Assembly: GCA_963836755.1 (NCBI GenBank)
Contig: CAWIKF010000003.1
Span: forward strand, 1-64,000
DNA length: 64,000 bases
From: an uncultured Verrucomicrobiae bacterium
GTDB taxonomy: Bacteria > Verrucomicrobiota > Verrucomicrobiia > Chthoniobacterales > Chthoniobacteraceae
Reading direction: 5' to 3'
Position 1 is the stretch's first letter; every line of letters begins with the position of its first letter. Under the pieces are notes generated by a model, which made no database searches, had not been told where the DNA came from, and was given only the letters and a program-made list of their open reading frames with translations. This document shows, piece after piece, positions 32,667 to 42,152 of the stretch. A program made the translations under genes and the position numbers.

Positions 32667-33827
32667 TCACGGGTTGATGACGACTTTTACGCAGCCATCT
32701 TTTTTCTCGTTGAAAATTTCATATGCCTGCGCGGCTTCTCCGATGCCGATGCGATGCGTGATGATGTCGTCGAGCTGGATTTTTCCTTGTTCTAGCCACC
32801 CGATGAGCTCGTCAATGTATGCCTGCACGGGCGCCTGTCCGAAGCGCATCGTGATGCCTTTGTCGAAAATCTGGCCGAGCGGAAAGTTGTCGTAAGGAAT
32901 GCTATAAACGCCGAGCACTGAGACTGTGCCGCCGCGGCGGACGGCGCTGATAGCCATTTTGAGGGCCTTGATGCTGCCAGCCTGCGCGTGCAAAACGTTA
33001 CTTATTTTGTCGCCCGCGGTGCGGTCTGCTTCCATGCCGACGGCGTCGATGCAAACGTCCACGCCGCGACCATCGGTCATGCTGCGGATCATTTCCACGG
33101 GATCCTCGACTTCGGCGACATTGATCGTTTCCGAGCGCGCAGCTCTGCGCGCCATCTCCAAACGATACGGCTGGATGTCCAGGCCGATCACACGTTTTGC
33201 CCCTCGCACCCACGCGCATTTTTGTGCCATGAGACCGACAGGGCCACAGCCAAAAACCGCGACGGTTTCGCCACCCTTCATCTGCGCCCATTCCACTCCG
33301 CTGAAGCCGGTCGGAAAAATGTCGGTGAGAAAAAGCACCTGATCATCGCTGAAATCTTCGCGGACTTTTCGCGGACCAAAGTTTGCGTAAGGCACGCGGA
33401 CATATTGTGCCTGGCCTCCATCGTAACCGCCGTAAAGATCGGTGTAGCCAAAGAGCGCGCCGCCCTTTTGATCGAGCACGTTACCCTCCGGTCCATACAT
33501 TTTCGGATTCGAATGTTCGCAGTGTGTCGGCAACTGATTATCACAGAAAAAGCAGTGGCCGCATGAGATGGGAAACGGCACCACCACACGATCCCCGCAT
33601 GAAACGCTCGTCACTTGAGGACCGGTTTCCTCTACGATCCCCATGAATTCATGGCCCATTACCAGCGGCTCTTTTTGCGGGAAAAATCCGTTGTAAATAT
33701 GCAGGTCTGATCCGCAGATCGCGGTGGATGTGACGCGCAGGATGATGTCATCGGGCGCCTCGAGTTTCGGATCGGGAACTTCCTCGACCCGCATGTCTTT
33801 TGGTTTGTGATAGACGACAGCTTTCAT
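32667..33827 (-). CDS. Zinc-dependent alcohol/formaldehyde dehydrogenase (YbdR-like)
   Basis: ICGSDLH, GHEFMG, CGHCFFC..HC, GGQAQYVRVP and FGCGPVG. Confidence 0.92.
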   Translation of the reverse strand: MKAVVYHKPKDMRVEEVPDPKLEAPDDIILRVTSTAICGSDLHIYNGFFPQKEPLVMGHEFMGIVEETGPQVTSVSCGDRVVVPFPISCGHCFFCDNQLPTHCEHSNPKMYGPEGNVLDQKGGALFGYTDLYGGYDGGQAQYVRVPYANFGPRKVREDFSDDQVLFLTDIFPTGFSGVEWAQMKGGETVAVFGCGPVGLMAQKCAWVRGAKRVIGLDIQPYRLEMARRAARSETINVAEVEDPVEMIRSMTDGRGVDVCIDAVGMEADRTAGDKISNVLHAQAGSIKALKMAISAVRRGGTVSVLGVYSIPYDNFPLGQIFDKGITMRFGQAPVQAYIDELIGWLEQGKIQLDDIITHRIGIGEAAQAYEIFNEKKDGCVKVVINP

Positions 33828-33915
33828 TGTGAAAAAAGAACGCGGCACGCTCGCCTCGCGCGTGTTTTTTTCCGATCGGACGTGACTTTCGCGCCCGTAA
33901 TGCGACGCGCGGGAG

Positions 33916-35472
33916 CTATTTTATCAACCGGAGCAGCACGACTCCATGCGGTGGAACATCGGCGGTAAATTCGTCACCGAACGCGCCGAGATCCTTTTGC
34001 CGCCAAAGATCGCGCACTTTCAATTTGCCTTCCGGCAACTTTTTCAGGCTCGCGCGCGTCACCGTGACTTTTGCGGCTGTGGACCGCGTGTTAAACAGAC
34101 CGACCGCCATCGACCCATCTTCCAGCGGCTTCGCATAAACCAAGCCGCCATTTTCGCTGCTGACCTGCGTCGCCTCTTGCCCGAGCGAATCCTGGTCGAT
34201 CGCCAGCACTTCATCATTGGTCAGCAAGCCGAGCGTGAAGTCATCCAGCTGCGCGAGATCGCAGCCAAGCAGGAGCGGCGCGGAAAGCAGACACCAGAGC
34301 GAGATGTGCGTGTATTGCTCGTCGGGCGTGAGATTGCTCGGGTGCAGGTGCGGACCCCAGCCGACTTTGCCGATGACGAGCATGTCGGGATCATTCCAAT
34401 GGCCCGGACCCGCGAACGGCGCCCAGCGGTCCTGCGAAAAACCGATCCCGCTCACGCTTTTCCACGAGTCATTGATGTCGCCGGTAGTGCGCCAGGAATT
34501 CGCGAGCCGCTCGAGGTCTGCGGCGAGCGCAAAGGGCGCGTTGTTTGAAAGGCTGTAAACAAAATCGCGGCCGCTTTCCCGCAAAGCTTTTGCCATCGCG
34601 TCGATTTCCGGGAGACGATTTGGATTCCAGTCGTATTTCAAATAATCAAATCCCCACTCCGCCCACTGCTGCGCGTCTTGTCTATAAAAGGTAAAACTTC
34701 CGACACGCTTTTGCCCCCTCTCCTTGCCCGCGGCATCGAGCTTTTTTTCCGGCGGCCACGCTCCGTCCGCCGTGTCCGCGGTGCCGCCGGCAAAATTTGC
34801 GTAGGACGAAATGAAAGGCGTGGAATAAATCCCGGCCTTCAGCCCCATGCGGTGGATCTCGTCGCAGAGTGCCTGCATGTCGGGAAATTTCCTGTTCGGC
34901 TGAACCGCGTTCAGCGGTCCTCCGCGTTTTCCCTGCCACGTGTCGTCAATGTTGACGTAACTCCATCCATGCTGCGCGAGGCCGTTAGCTACGAACGCCC
35001 GCGCGGCGCTCAGAACTTTTTCCTGGTCGACCGCGCCGGCCCAGCAGTTCCAACTATTCCAGCCCATCGCCGGCGTGAGCGCGATTTTTTCTCCTGCCAC
35101 GATGCGGAACTTTTTCTCCGCGGAACCGAGAGCGTTTCGAGCGCGCAACGTCACGTCGTGCTCGCCAGCTTTCGGTAGTTTGCCGGTGATTTGGCCCGTC
35201 GCCGCGTCAAGTTTCAAACCCGCCGGCAGCCCTTGCGCCAAAAATTTCATCGGCCGCTTTCCAGTCGCCGGAATAGCGAAGAGAAAAGGCGAACCGGGCC
35301 GCGCGCCAAAGACCGACGGACCATTGATGCGCGGCGTTTCCGGCGCGGGCGGCGTGAGAATCTCGCGTTGCGGAGGAGTCGCGGATTTCGCGGGAGTTGC
35401 CGGAGATTCGCCCAGCGTGGATCTGGTCGAAATCGACGCCAACGCGACGATCAACAACGACGAATATTTCAT
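33916..35472 (-). CDS. Secreted GH27 alpha-galactosidase with an N-terminal Ig-like (He_PIG) domain
   Basis: Signal peptide, GLPAGL.LD..TG.ITG, TPAMGWNSWN, NIDDTWQ, YLKYDW, WRTTGDI and WNDPDML. Confidence 0.92.
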   Translation of the reverse strand: MKYSSLLIVALASISTRSTLGESPATPAKSATPPQREILTPPAPETPRINGPSVFGARPGSPFLFAIPATGKRPMKFLAQGLPAGLKLDAATGQITGKLPKAGEHDVTLRARNALGSAEKKFRIVAGEKIALTPAMGWNSWNCWAGAVDQEKVLSAARAFVANGLAQHGWSYVNIDDTWQGKRGGPLNAVQPNRKFPDMQALCDEIHRMGLKAGIYSTPFISSYANFAGGTADTADGAWPPEKKLDAAGKERGQKRVGSFTFYRQDAQQWAEWGFDYLKYDWNPNRLPEIDAMAKALRESGRDFVYSLSNNAPFALAADLERLANSWRTTGDINDSWKSVSGIGFSQDRWAPFAGPGHWNDPDMLVIGKVGWGPHLHPSNLTPDEQYTHISLWCLLSAPLLLGCDLAQLDDFTLGLLTNDEVLAIDQDSLGQEATQVSSENGGLVYAKPLEDGSMAVGLFNTRSTAAKVTVTRASLKKLPEGKLKVRDLWRQKDLGAFGDEFTADVPPHGVVLLRLIK

Positions 35473-35498
35473 GGAGAAGACGCGGGAGGTTGCGATTT

Positions 35499-36692
35499 TC
35501 AAACGTGTCCACGCTCCACCAGCGTGTCGAGATTGAAGACGCGGCGTAGTCCGGTGCGCGTGTTGCGAAAGACAATTTCATACCAGCCCTGCATTCGCTC
35601 GGGCGCATAAATTTCGCGCCCGACCTGCAGCGGTCGATGCTCGAGGATGCGGTGAATCACGCGCTCATACGCACTGTGCGGCAGCGCGCGCGTGGAGCGG
35701 CGGTTCCAATCAATGACGCGACCTACATCATCGTAGGAAGGCGGCCTCTCCGGAAAATCGAGCAGCGAACGCGCCCGCTCGTCGAAGACCGCGAAGATGT
35801 GCTCGACGCAATCACCATCAGTGACCGCGGCGATGTCGTTGAGGAACGGTAGGGCAATCTTGCGGGCGATCTCACGCAGGCTCATCGTGCGTCCGTCGAC
35901 CGTGAGCCAGTCGCGCGCATTCGGATCGGCCACGAATGGATTGCGTGGAAAACAATCGAACCGCGCGAGGAATCCCTTGCGCGAGGTGTGCTTGCGCGGT
36001 CGAAAACCCGCGATGACAGGAATGCCTTTTTTTTTCAACTGCCCCACCTCATGCGACGGCCAGCGTAGCACGCCGAGGATCACGCCGATGGCAAGCGATG
36101 CCGCGGCGACCATGAGGTCAGGATCAGGCGTGAAATCGACCGTGACCTCGATGCGATCGCCGCGCGGCCGCACGCCGACGCCCGTGCTGAGCCGATTCGC
36201 GGCGAGAAGCATCACCGGCACATGTAAAACATATGTCAAAAGTCGTGCGAGCTGCCGAATCCCGCGCTCACTCAGCGCGCATTCCGCCGGCACCGAGACA
36301 TTGAAATGCGTGGAAAATCCTTCGAGCCGCACGTGCGAATCTGCACGCGCTTCCCATGCATCGAGCTCGCTGCGAAGAAACGAAATTTGATCCCATAGCG
36401 AGCGGGCCGCACGGACGCAGCAGCCCGGCTCGATCTCGATGATCGGCGTGGCCACCTCGATGACGCCGGTGTCGAAATAAATCGCGCCGCCGGATGGCAT
36501 GTGAAACGAGCGGCCCGTCCGCGGAAGCATTCGAGCACGGACAATTTCCTGCGGATTTTTAAATACCTGTTCGGGCCTCTGTTTCTGGTCGCGAACGAAA
36601 AGCGTAAATTCCGCTTCAAAGCCGACAACCGCCCGGCGCGGCTGAATGCCTGTCGAACTTTTTTCACCGCGGGCTTTGCCATTTTCCGCCAT
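35499..36692 (-). CDS. PafA/Dop-like carboxylate-amine ligase (glutamine synthetase / gamma-GCS fold)
   Basis: VGFEAEF, SGGAIYFD, IEVATP, STHFNVS, DRIEVTVD and DGRTMSLREI align by eye with PafA motifs MGIETEF, NGARLYLD, PEYAT, GCHENY, RRLHVIVGD and the GR..SALDIQ segment. Confidence 0.72.
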   Translation of the reverse strand: MAENGKARGEKSSTGIQPRRAVVGFEAEFTLFVRDQKQRPEQVFKNPQEIVRARMLPRTGRSFHMPSGGAIYFDTGVIEVATPIIEIEPGCCVRAARSLWDQISFLRSELDAWEARADSHVRLEGFSTHFNVSVPAECALSERGIRQLARLLTYVLHVPVMLLAANRLSTGVGVRPRGDRIEVTVDFTPDPDLMVAAASLAIGVILGVLRWPSHEVGQLKKKGIPVIAGFRPRKHTSRKGFLARFDCFPRNPFVADPNARDWLTVDGRTMSLREIARKIALPFLNDIAAVTDGDCVEHIFAVFDERARSLLDFPERPPSYDDVGRVIDWNRRSTRALPHSAYERVIHRILEHRPLQVGREIYAPERMQGWYEIVFRNTRTGLRRVFNLDTLVERGHV

Positions 36693-36698
36693 GGCTTT

Positions 36699-37292
36699 TC
36701 AAAGCGCTTCGTCGCACTCGCGAGGCACGTAAATCACGTAACCGATATCGAGATGAAGGTGATCGTCGGATTCGTCAGCGCCGTGACCAAAAGGCTTCGC
36801 CCGGATTTCGGGCGCGATTGATTCCGCCACACGCGCATATTTTTCAATGCTCTTTTCATCATCGAGAAACGTATCGCCGATGCGGTAGATGTTCGCCGCG
36901 GTCGCCCAAAGATGCAGGCTCCCTTCGCGCGAATGCGCGTGCGCCGGCGAGCGGTAGCCACCATTCGTGGCGATGAAGACCGGCGCGTCAACTTTGTCCC
37001 GAAACGCCTGCAAGTAGTGCGCGAAAATCGAGACGGTGCACGGCACATAATGCGGAAAAGTGTTTAGCAACAGATCAGCCTCGCGCGAATCCACCGACAT
37101 CATTTCCGCGAAAGTGAAATGGGCGCTGATCCGCAATTTCTTCGCATCTTCCCAAGTCGGGATTTCATAGAAAAAACGCGGCAGCGCGTGTCTGCATCCC
37201 GTGCGATCGGCCAGTATCTCAGCGGGACGCAAAAGTTTTTGCGTCGCAGCATCGAGGGATCTTGCATCGACGATATTTGGCCTCTCAGTCAT
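36699..37292 (-). CDS. Peptidase M15-like (DD-peptidase/hedgehog fold) protein, second Zn ligand Asp->Asn
   Basis: HFT..E, GGYRSP, S.H.WATAANI (HxxxxxxN) and HLHLD; no signal peptide. Start 37292. Confidence 0.68.
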   Translation of the reverse strand: MTERPNIVDARSLDAATQKLLRPAEILADRTGCRHALPRFFYEIPTWEDAKKLRISAHFTFAEMMSVDSREADLLLNTFPHYVPCTVSIFAHYLQAFRDKVDAPVFIATNGGYRSPAHAHSREGSLHLWATAANIYRIGDTFLDDEKSIEKYARVAESIAPEIRAKPFGHGADESDDHLHLDIGYVIYVPRECDEAL

Positions 37293-38127
37293 TTGTTTTA
37301 CTTCCGACAATGAAATCAAAAATCGTTTTCGAAATTTTCGCAATTTGCGCGTGACGATTTTCCACGTCCGTGGACATCTGCGTGAGAATCGTGAGGACGT
37401 AAGGCTTTCGTCCGACGGGAAAAATAATGCCTCCATCATGCGCAACCGTGGAGATTTCGCCGGTCTTGTGCGCGATGCGAGTCTCCTTCGGAAGACCCGC
37501 AGGGATCATGCTGTTAAACTCCTGCGCGTGCAAAATCTCCAGCATTTGCTCCCGCGTTTCTCTTCGCAAAAAACTCTCCTCACATAGCACGCGGAACAGG
37601 GTGGCAAACCCTTCCGCAGTGATTTCGTTGTTGATCCCCATTTCGAAAGCTTTGGTGTCCTCGACGCCACGCACGAATTTGACGGCGTCGATTCCCGCCT
37701 TGCGCAACACGCTCTGAACCGTTTCCACGCCGAGATAATCGAGCAGCAGATTCGTCGCAAGATTGCTGCTCCGCGTGATCATCACGCGCGCCAGCTCGCG
37801 CACGCGCAGCGCGCGCCCGATCCGTTTGTGAAGATCGACATCGCCATCGCGGCTGCCCGCCACGCGGAAGATTGATCCATCCGCGAGGCTGTGGAATCGA
37901 TTGCGAACGTGGAGCGTGTCGTCGAGCCGGATGCGGCCCTCCTCGGCCCTTTTGTAAACCGCGAGCAGCAATGGGACTTTGATTGTGCTCGCAGCGTGAA
38001 AATAGCGACCGCTCTCGTGTGAAAATTCGCGACCGGTTTCGTAGTCGTGAAAAGCAACGGCAACGGCGTCAAATTTCGCGTCAGCGGCGATTTGCAAAAT
38101 TTGCTCCAACAGCGCTCGATCGGCCAT
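37285..38127 (-). CDS. Class A beta-lactamase-like serine hydrolase (beta-lactamase2 family)
   Basis: AASTIK (SxxK), RSSNLATN (SxN) and AHKTG; lacks the class A ExxLN omega loop and a signal peptide. Confidence 0.88.
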   Translation of the reverse strand: MADRALLEQILQIAADAKFDAVAVAFHDYETGREFSHESGRYFHAASTIKVPLLLAVYKRAEEGRIRLDDTLHVRNRFHSLADGSIFRVAGSRDGDVDLHKRIGRALRVRELARVMITRSSNLATNLLLDYLGVETVQSVLRKAGIDAVKFVRGVEDTKAFEMGINNEITAEGFATLFRVLCEESFLRRETREQMLEILHAQEFNSMIPAGLPKETRIAHKTGEISTVAHDGGIIFPVGRKPYVLTILTQMSTDVENRHAQIAKISKTIFDFIVGSKTND

Positions 38128-38130
38128 GCA

Positions 38131-38628
38131 TCAGCCCTCCCGCTGGATCGCGAGCAGCTTTTCATAGAGCGCGCCGAGCGATTCGGCCATCACCCGCGTG
38201 CCCGCGAGCACGGGCATGAAATTGGTGTCGCCCGCCCAGCGGGGAACGATGTGCAGGTGCAAATGATCGGCAAAGCCTGCTCCAGCGCATTCACCGATAT
38301 TTAACCCGATGTTAAATCCCTGCGCATTCGCGATTTTCCGCAGAAGCTTTTGTGCGTGGGCCGCCAGCTCCCACAGCTCGAGCTGCTCGCGCTCCGTCAG
38401 CTCAGCGACGTCGGCCACTTTGCGGTAAGGGACCGCCATCATGTGGCCGACGGCGTATGGAAAACGGTTCAGGATCAAAAACGCATTGCGGCGGCGGGCG
38501 ACGACGAGATGCGCCGCGTCATCCGATGCTTGCGCGGCGTCTGTCAAAAAATTGCGAGACTTGTCGATTGAAAAATATTCAACCCGCCAAGGCGCCCAAA
38601 GTGCTTCAAGATCGTCTGGAAAGCTCAT
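38131..38628 (-). CDS. HIT family protein (Ap4A phosphorylase / FHIT-like)
   Basis: LWAPWR..Y, LN.FPY..GH, GFNIGLN.G..AGAG..HLHLHIVPRW.GD.NF. Confidence 0.92.
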   Translation of the reverse strand: MSFPDDLEALWAPWRVEYFSIDKSRNFLTDAAQASDDAAHLVVARRRNAFLILNRFPYAVGHMMAVPYRKVADVAELTEREQLELWELAAHAQKLLRKIANAQGFNIGLNIGECAGAGFADHLHLHIVPRWAGDTNFMPVLAGTRVMAESLGALYEKLLAIQREG

Positions 38629-40073
38629 GGCTCCTTGTTTCGCACAATCAGGTAGTAACGGCTGCTTTTATTGACCGCCGGTCCTGTTTCATCGGCGAGG
38701 AACCACGGGCGCAGCGCCGCGGCGTCGCTTTTGAAATCCGATCCATTCAGGACCAGCGCATCGATCTTTCCACTTGTCCACGCACTAGCGGCGTGGCGGA
38801 GCTTCAGGAATTCCAGCTGCTGCAGGTAAAGCAGCATCCCCTCGTCTTTGCTCGACGCGATGGCGTAGTGCAGATCGTTTTTCGCTGCATATTCGCGAAC
38901 GCGGGCGCCAAATGCGGCCAGCGCGCCGTCTCGATCGCGATAGGCATTGACAACATTGAACAACGTGTAGCCGCCGCTACACACGACAGCCAAAGCGAGT
39001 GAAATCGGCACTACGCGGCTCACCCGCAAGCCGTTGATTTGAAGTTCGCGCACAAAATGGACGAGCAACAAACAGAGCGGCGGCACGATCGGAAAAATCC
39101 GGTCGGGGCGCTTGGACGGAACCAGTGACATGAACATAAGACCGCCGAGACTCCAGCAAATGAGCCATAGCGCTGCGCGATCGTCAGCAAACCCGCACCG
39201 CACCTTGCGAATGAAAGGCAGCGCGAGCAGGAGCAGGCTCCACGGCGCAAAATCACGCAGCAAATGCGTCACATAAAAATAGATCGGCTGGTTTTTATGC
39301 ACCGCTTGTTCGCCCACTGTAAAACGCCCGAGAAATTCCTTGAGGACGACCTGATTGTAAAATTCGTCATTGCGCCAGATGCCAATCCCCGCCCACGCGA
39401 GAAACAACAACAACGGCCCAAACCAGCTCCACCAGCCGCTCCAGGCGTTGTCCGGCATGCGCCGTCTTTTGCAAAGAAGCCAAAATGCGGCCAGTCCAGG
39501 CAACAAGAAGGCGTAAGCGATCGGGCCTTTCGTCATCATCGATCCCAGCACGAGCGCGAAAACCATCCACCGCTCACGACTGGTCCATGGGGCCGCAGTT
39601 TTCACTTTTTCGTAAACGAGATGACCCGTCAGAAAAATGAACAACGTCAGCAGCATGTCGGTTCGCACCAATGTCGCGAGCCGTGGCGCCATCAGGTTCA
39701 GACCGAAAACGCCGGCCGCGAGCAGCCCGCCCGTTTGCGGCAGCAGACGATCTCCGGCAAGAATGAGAACTAACAAAATAGCCAGGGCGCTCAGCAGCGA
39801 GGGGAGACGCCACGCGGCATTCCAGGAATGCGTGGAATAGAAAATCACCGCCGAAATGAAACCTGCGAGAGGAGGCTTGGTCGCGACCCCTTGCGTCGGG
39901 GTGTGCTGAAACCACCAGTGACCCAATGTTACCATCTCAAAAGAAGTGTATGCCTGTTTTGCCTGATCAAAGTTATCGAGATGCCACGGCAGGTCGCGGA
40001 CGCAAAACTGCAGGATGATGAACGCGAAAAGCGCTGCTCTCTGCCATGCAAAACATGAACTGGAAGATGGCAT
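38625..40073 (-). CDS. ArnT/PMT-like (GT-C) lipid-carrier-dependent glycosyltransferase
   Basis: Multiple TM helices; W.....TKPPL, RLPS, RTDM, TKGP and SKR..RIFP..P motifs; follows lpxB. Confidence 0.82.
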   Translation of the reverse strand: MPSSSSCFAWQRAALFAFIILQFCVRDLPWHLDNFDQAKQAYTSFEMVTLGHWWFQHTPTQGVATKPPLAGFISAVIFYSTHSWNAAWRLPSLLSALAILLVLILAGDRLLPQTGGLLAAGVFGLNLMAPRLATLVRTDMLLTLFIFLTGHLVYEKVKTAAPWTSRERWMVFALVLGSMMTKGPIAYAFLLPGLAAFWLLCKRRRMPDNAWSGWWSWFGPLLLFLAWAGIGIWRNDEFYNQVVLKEFLGRFTVGEQAVHKNQPIYFYVTHLLRDFAPWSLLLLALPFIRKVRCGFADDRAALWLICWSLGGLMFMSLVPSKRPDRIFPIVPPLCLLLVHFVRELQINGLRVSRVVPISLALAVVCSGGYTLFNVVNAYRDRDGALAAFGARVREYAAKNDLHYAIASSKDEGMLLYLQQLEFLKLRHAASAWTSGKIDALVLNGSDFKSDAAALRPWFLADETGPAVNKSSRYYLIVRNKEP

Positions 40074-40098
40074 ATGGATCTCCGTCGTCGCTCGCGGA

Positions 40099-41229
40099 TT
40101 AAGCAACGGCCGGGCTTCTCAGCTCACGCAATATTGCGTCGGCCGCGCGTGCGCTAGCGCCCGACATGCCGAGGAGCGCGATCACATTGCCGAGATTTTT
40201 CACCTGTCGGTCACGCGCGTCGGCATCGTCTATCAACCGAAGCACCTCCAGCGCGATTGACTCCGGGGCCGCTTCTTCCTGCAAAAATTCACGAACAATT
40301 TCTCGTCCCGCGAGAAGATTTGGCATGCCGAGCCATGGAACCTGCACCAGCCTGCGCCCTAGAAAAAACGTGAGCCACGCCGTGCGATACATCAGAACGA
40401 ATGGCAGCCGGAAAAACGCCGCCTCCATCGTAGCCGTGCCGGAAGCGACCATACCCGCGCTCGCTCGCTGCATCAGCTGGTGCGAAGCGTTGGTTTCGAT
40501 CTTGCAAGAGACTTGCGAAAACTTTGCCGCGATATTTTGCATCAGTTCACGCATAGCGTCTGACGCCGCTGCTGCCTCGAAGCACAAGCCGCGCTTTTTA
40601 CGCTGCAGCGCGTCCGCGGCTGCAAGCATGACCGGAAAAATCCTCTCGATCTCACGCTTGCGACTGCCGGGGAAAAGCCCCACCAGTGAGTTTTCGCGCG
40701 CCTTGCCGGTCAATTTCAAAGCAAGTGAATCGAGAATCGGATGGCCGACAAAAACCGTTTTCAATCCCGATTTTTCGTAGAGCGTTTTTTCGAAAGGAAA
40801 AATACACATCATCAAATCTACCGTCCGTGCCATTTTGGGAATGCGGCTTCGATGCCATGCCCAAACCTGTGGGCTAATGTAATAAATGATTCTCGGCGCG
40901 TTCGTTTGCTTTTTTAGCGCTGCGGCTACGCGCAGATTGAAACCGGGATAGTCGATGAGCACAACCGCCGCGGGTCGCAGCCGCGCGATTTCCGAAAGCG
41001 CTTCCTCAAACTGTTTTCTAAACCACGTATAACTTTTGACGACGTCGATGATTCCAAGCACGCCGGCGCGCTCGCTCCAGTCATGAAAGCTCGCGTCTGC
41101 GAGCGCTCGCATCTGCGGGCCGCCACGCCCAAAGTATTCCAGGTGCGGCTCGCGCTCGCGCAGACTGCGCATGAGCTCGGCACCGCGGGCATCGCCGCTT
41201 GCTTCGCCGGCGATGAAGTAAAGTTTCAT
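40099..41229 (-). CDS. lpxB: Lipid-A-disaccharide synthase
   Basis: IAGEASGD, IDYPGFN, YISPQVWAW, FVGHP, FPGSR and SGTATME. Confidence 0.96.
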   Translation of the reverse strand: MKLYFIAGEASGDARGAELMRSLREREPHLEYFGRGGPQMRALADASFHDWSERAGVLGIIDVVKSYTWFRKQFEEALSEIARLRPAAVVLIDYPGFNLRVAAALKKQTNAPRIIYYISPQVWAWHRSRIPKMARTVDLMMCIFPFEKTLYEKSGLKTVFVGHPILDSLALKLTGKARENSLVGLFPGSRKREIERIFPVMLAAADALQRKKRGLCFEAAAASDAMRELMQNIAAKFSQVSCKIETNASHQLMQRASAGMVASGTATMEAAFFRLPFVLMYRTAWLTFFLGRRLVQVPWLGMPNLLAGREIVREFLQEEAAPESIALEVLRLIDDADARDRQVKNLGNVIALLGMSGASARAADAILRELRSPAVA

Positions 41230-42152
41230 CGCACGTTTTGCGCCTCAATCTGCTTCGTGATTTCGAGCGCAAGTTCGAGCGCCGCCGTCGCCTGACGGCC
41301 TGTGACCTTCGGCTGCAACCCGGCGCGGCTGCACTCGACAAAGGATTCCAATTCGCGCTTGAGCGGTTCGTCTTTTTCGATTTCCACGGTCTCCCGAACG
41401 ATGCCAATCCCGTCGCGGCGATACATTTCGCCGGTCTGGTTTTGATAATCGAGCGAAAGGTATGCGTCCTCTTGAAAAACGCGGATCTTGCGCATTTTTT
41501 CCGGACTGATGCGGCTCACCGTGATGTTCGCGACGCAACCATTTTCAAAACGAATCCGTGCGTTCGCGATGTCCTCGCCGCGGCTCAGCACGGGCACTCC
41601 CACGGCATCGACGTTTTTCACCGGCGACCGGACGAGATGCAGAACAATCTCCAGATCATGAATCATCAGGTCGAGCACAACGCCGATTTCCGTGCTGCGA
41701 TTTGGATACGGCGAAAGCCGGTGCGACTCGATGAAACGCGGGCGCGTGAGGCGCTGCTCGAGCGCGCTCAAGACAGGGTTGAAACGCTCGACGTGCCCGA
41801 CCTGGATGATCACTCCGCGAGCCTGCGCGAGTTGCGCGAGCTCACGCGCATGCGCGGTATTTTCCGTGATCGGTTTTTCGATGAGCACATGTTTCCCCCG
41901 CTCCAGGAGCAGTTTCGCGACTTCAAAATGCGTTGGTGTCGGCGTTGCAATCGTCGCGGCATCCACGAGCTCCGCGAATCCTTCGAGCGAAGCGGTCGCG
42001 CGCGTTTGGTAAAGTTCCGCGATCTGCTGCGCATTTCCCGTGTCCACATCGTAAACGGCGGCAAATTCCGTGTCGGGAATTTGCGCCGCAATGCGCGCGT
42101 GATTTTTGCCGATGTGGCCGAGGCCGACGATTCCGATTCTGAATTTATTCAT
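41226..42152 (-). CDS. Gfo/Idh/MocA oxidoreductase, probably GnnA (UDP-GlcNAc 3-dehydrogenase)
   Basis: GxGxxG, EKP, QVGHVERFNP and DLMIHD; located between lpxI and lpxB. Confidence 0.8.
   Translation of the reverse strand: MNKFRIGIVGLGHIGKNHARIAAQIPDTEFAAVYDVDTGNAQQIAELYQTRATASLEGFAELVDAATIATPTPTHFEVAKLLLERGKHVLIEKPITENTAHARELAQLAQARGVIIQVGHVERFNPVLSALEQRLTRPRFIESHRLSPYPNRSTEIGVVLDLMIHDLEIVLHLVRSPVKNVDAVGVPVLSRGEDIANARIRFENGCVANITVSRISPEKMRKIRVFQEDAYLSLDYQNQTGEMYRRDGIGIVRETVEIEKDEPLKRELESFVECSRAGLQPKVTGRQATAALELALEITKQIEAQNVR

Noticed and set aside
37285..38127. Possible beta-lactam resistance gene
   Set aside because: It has no signal peptide and no class A omega-loop ExxLN motif, so it is better treated as a generic serine hydrolase.
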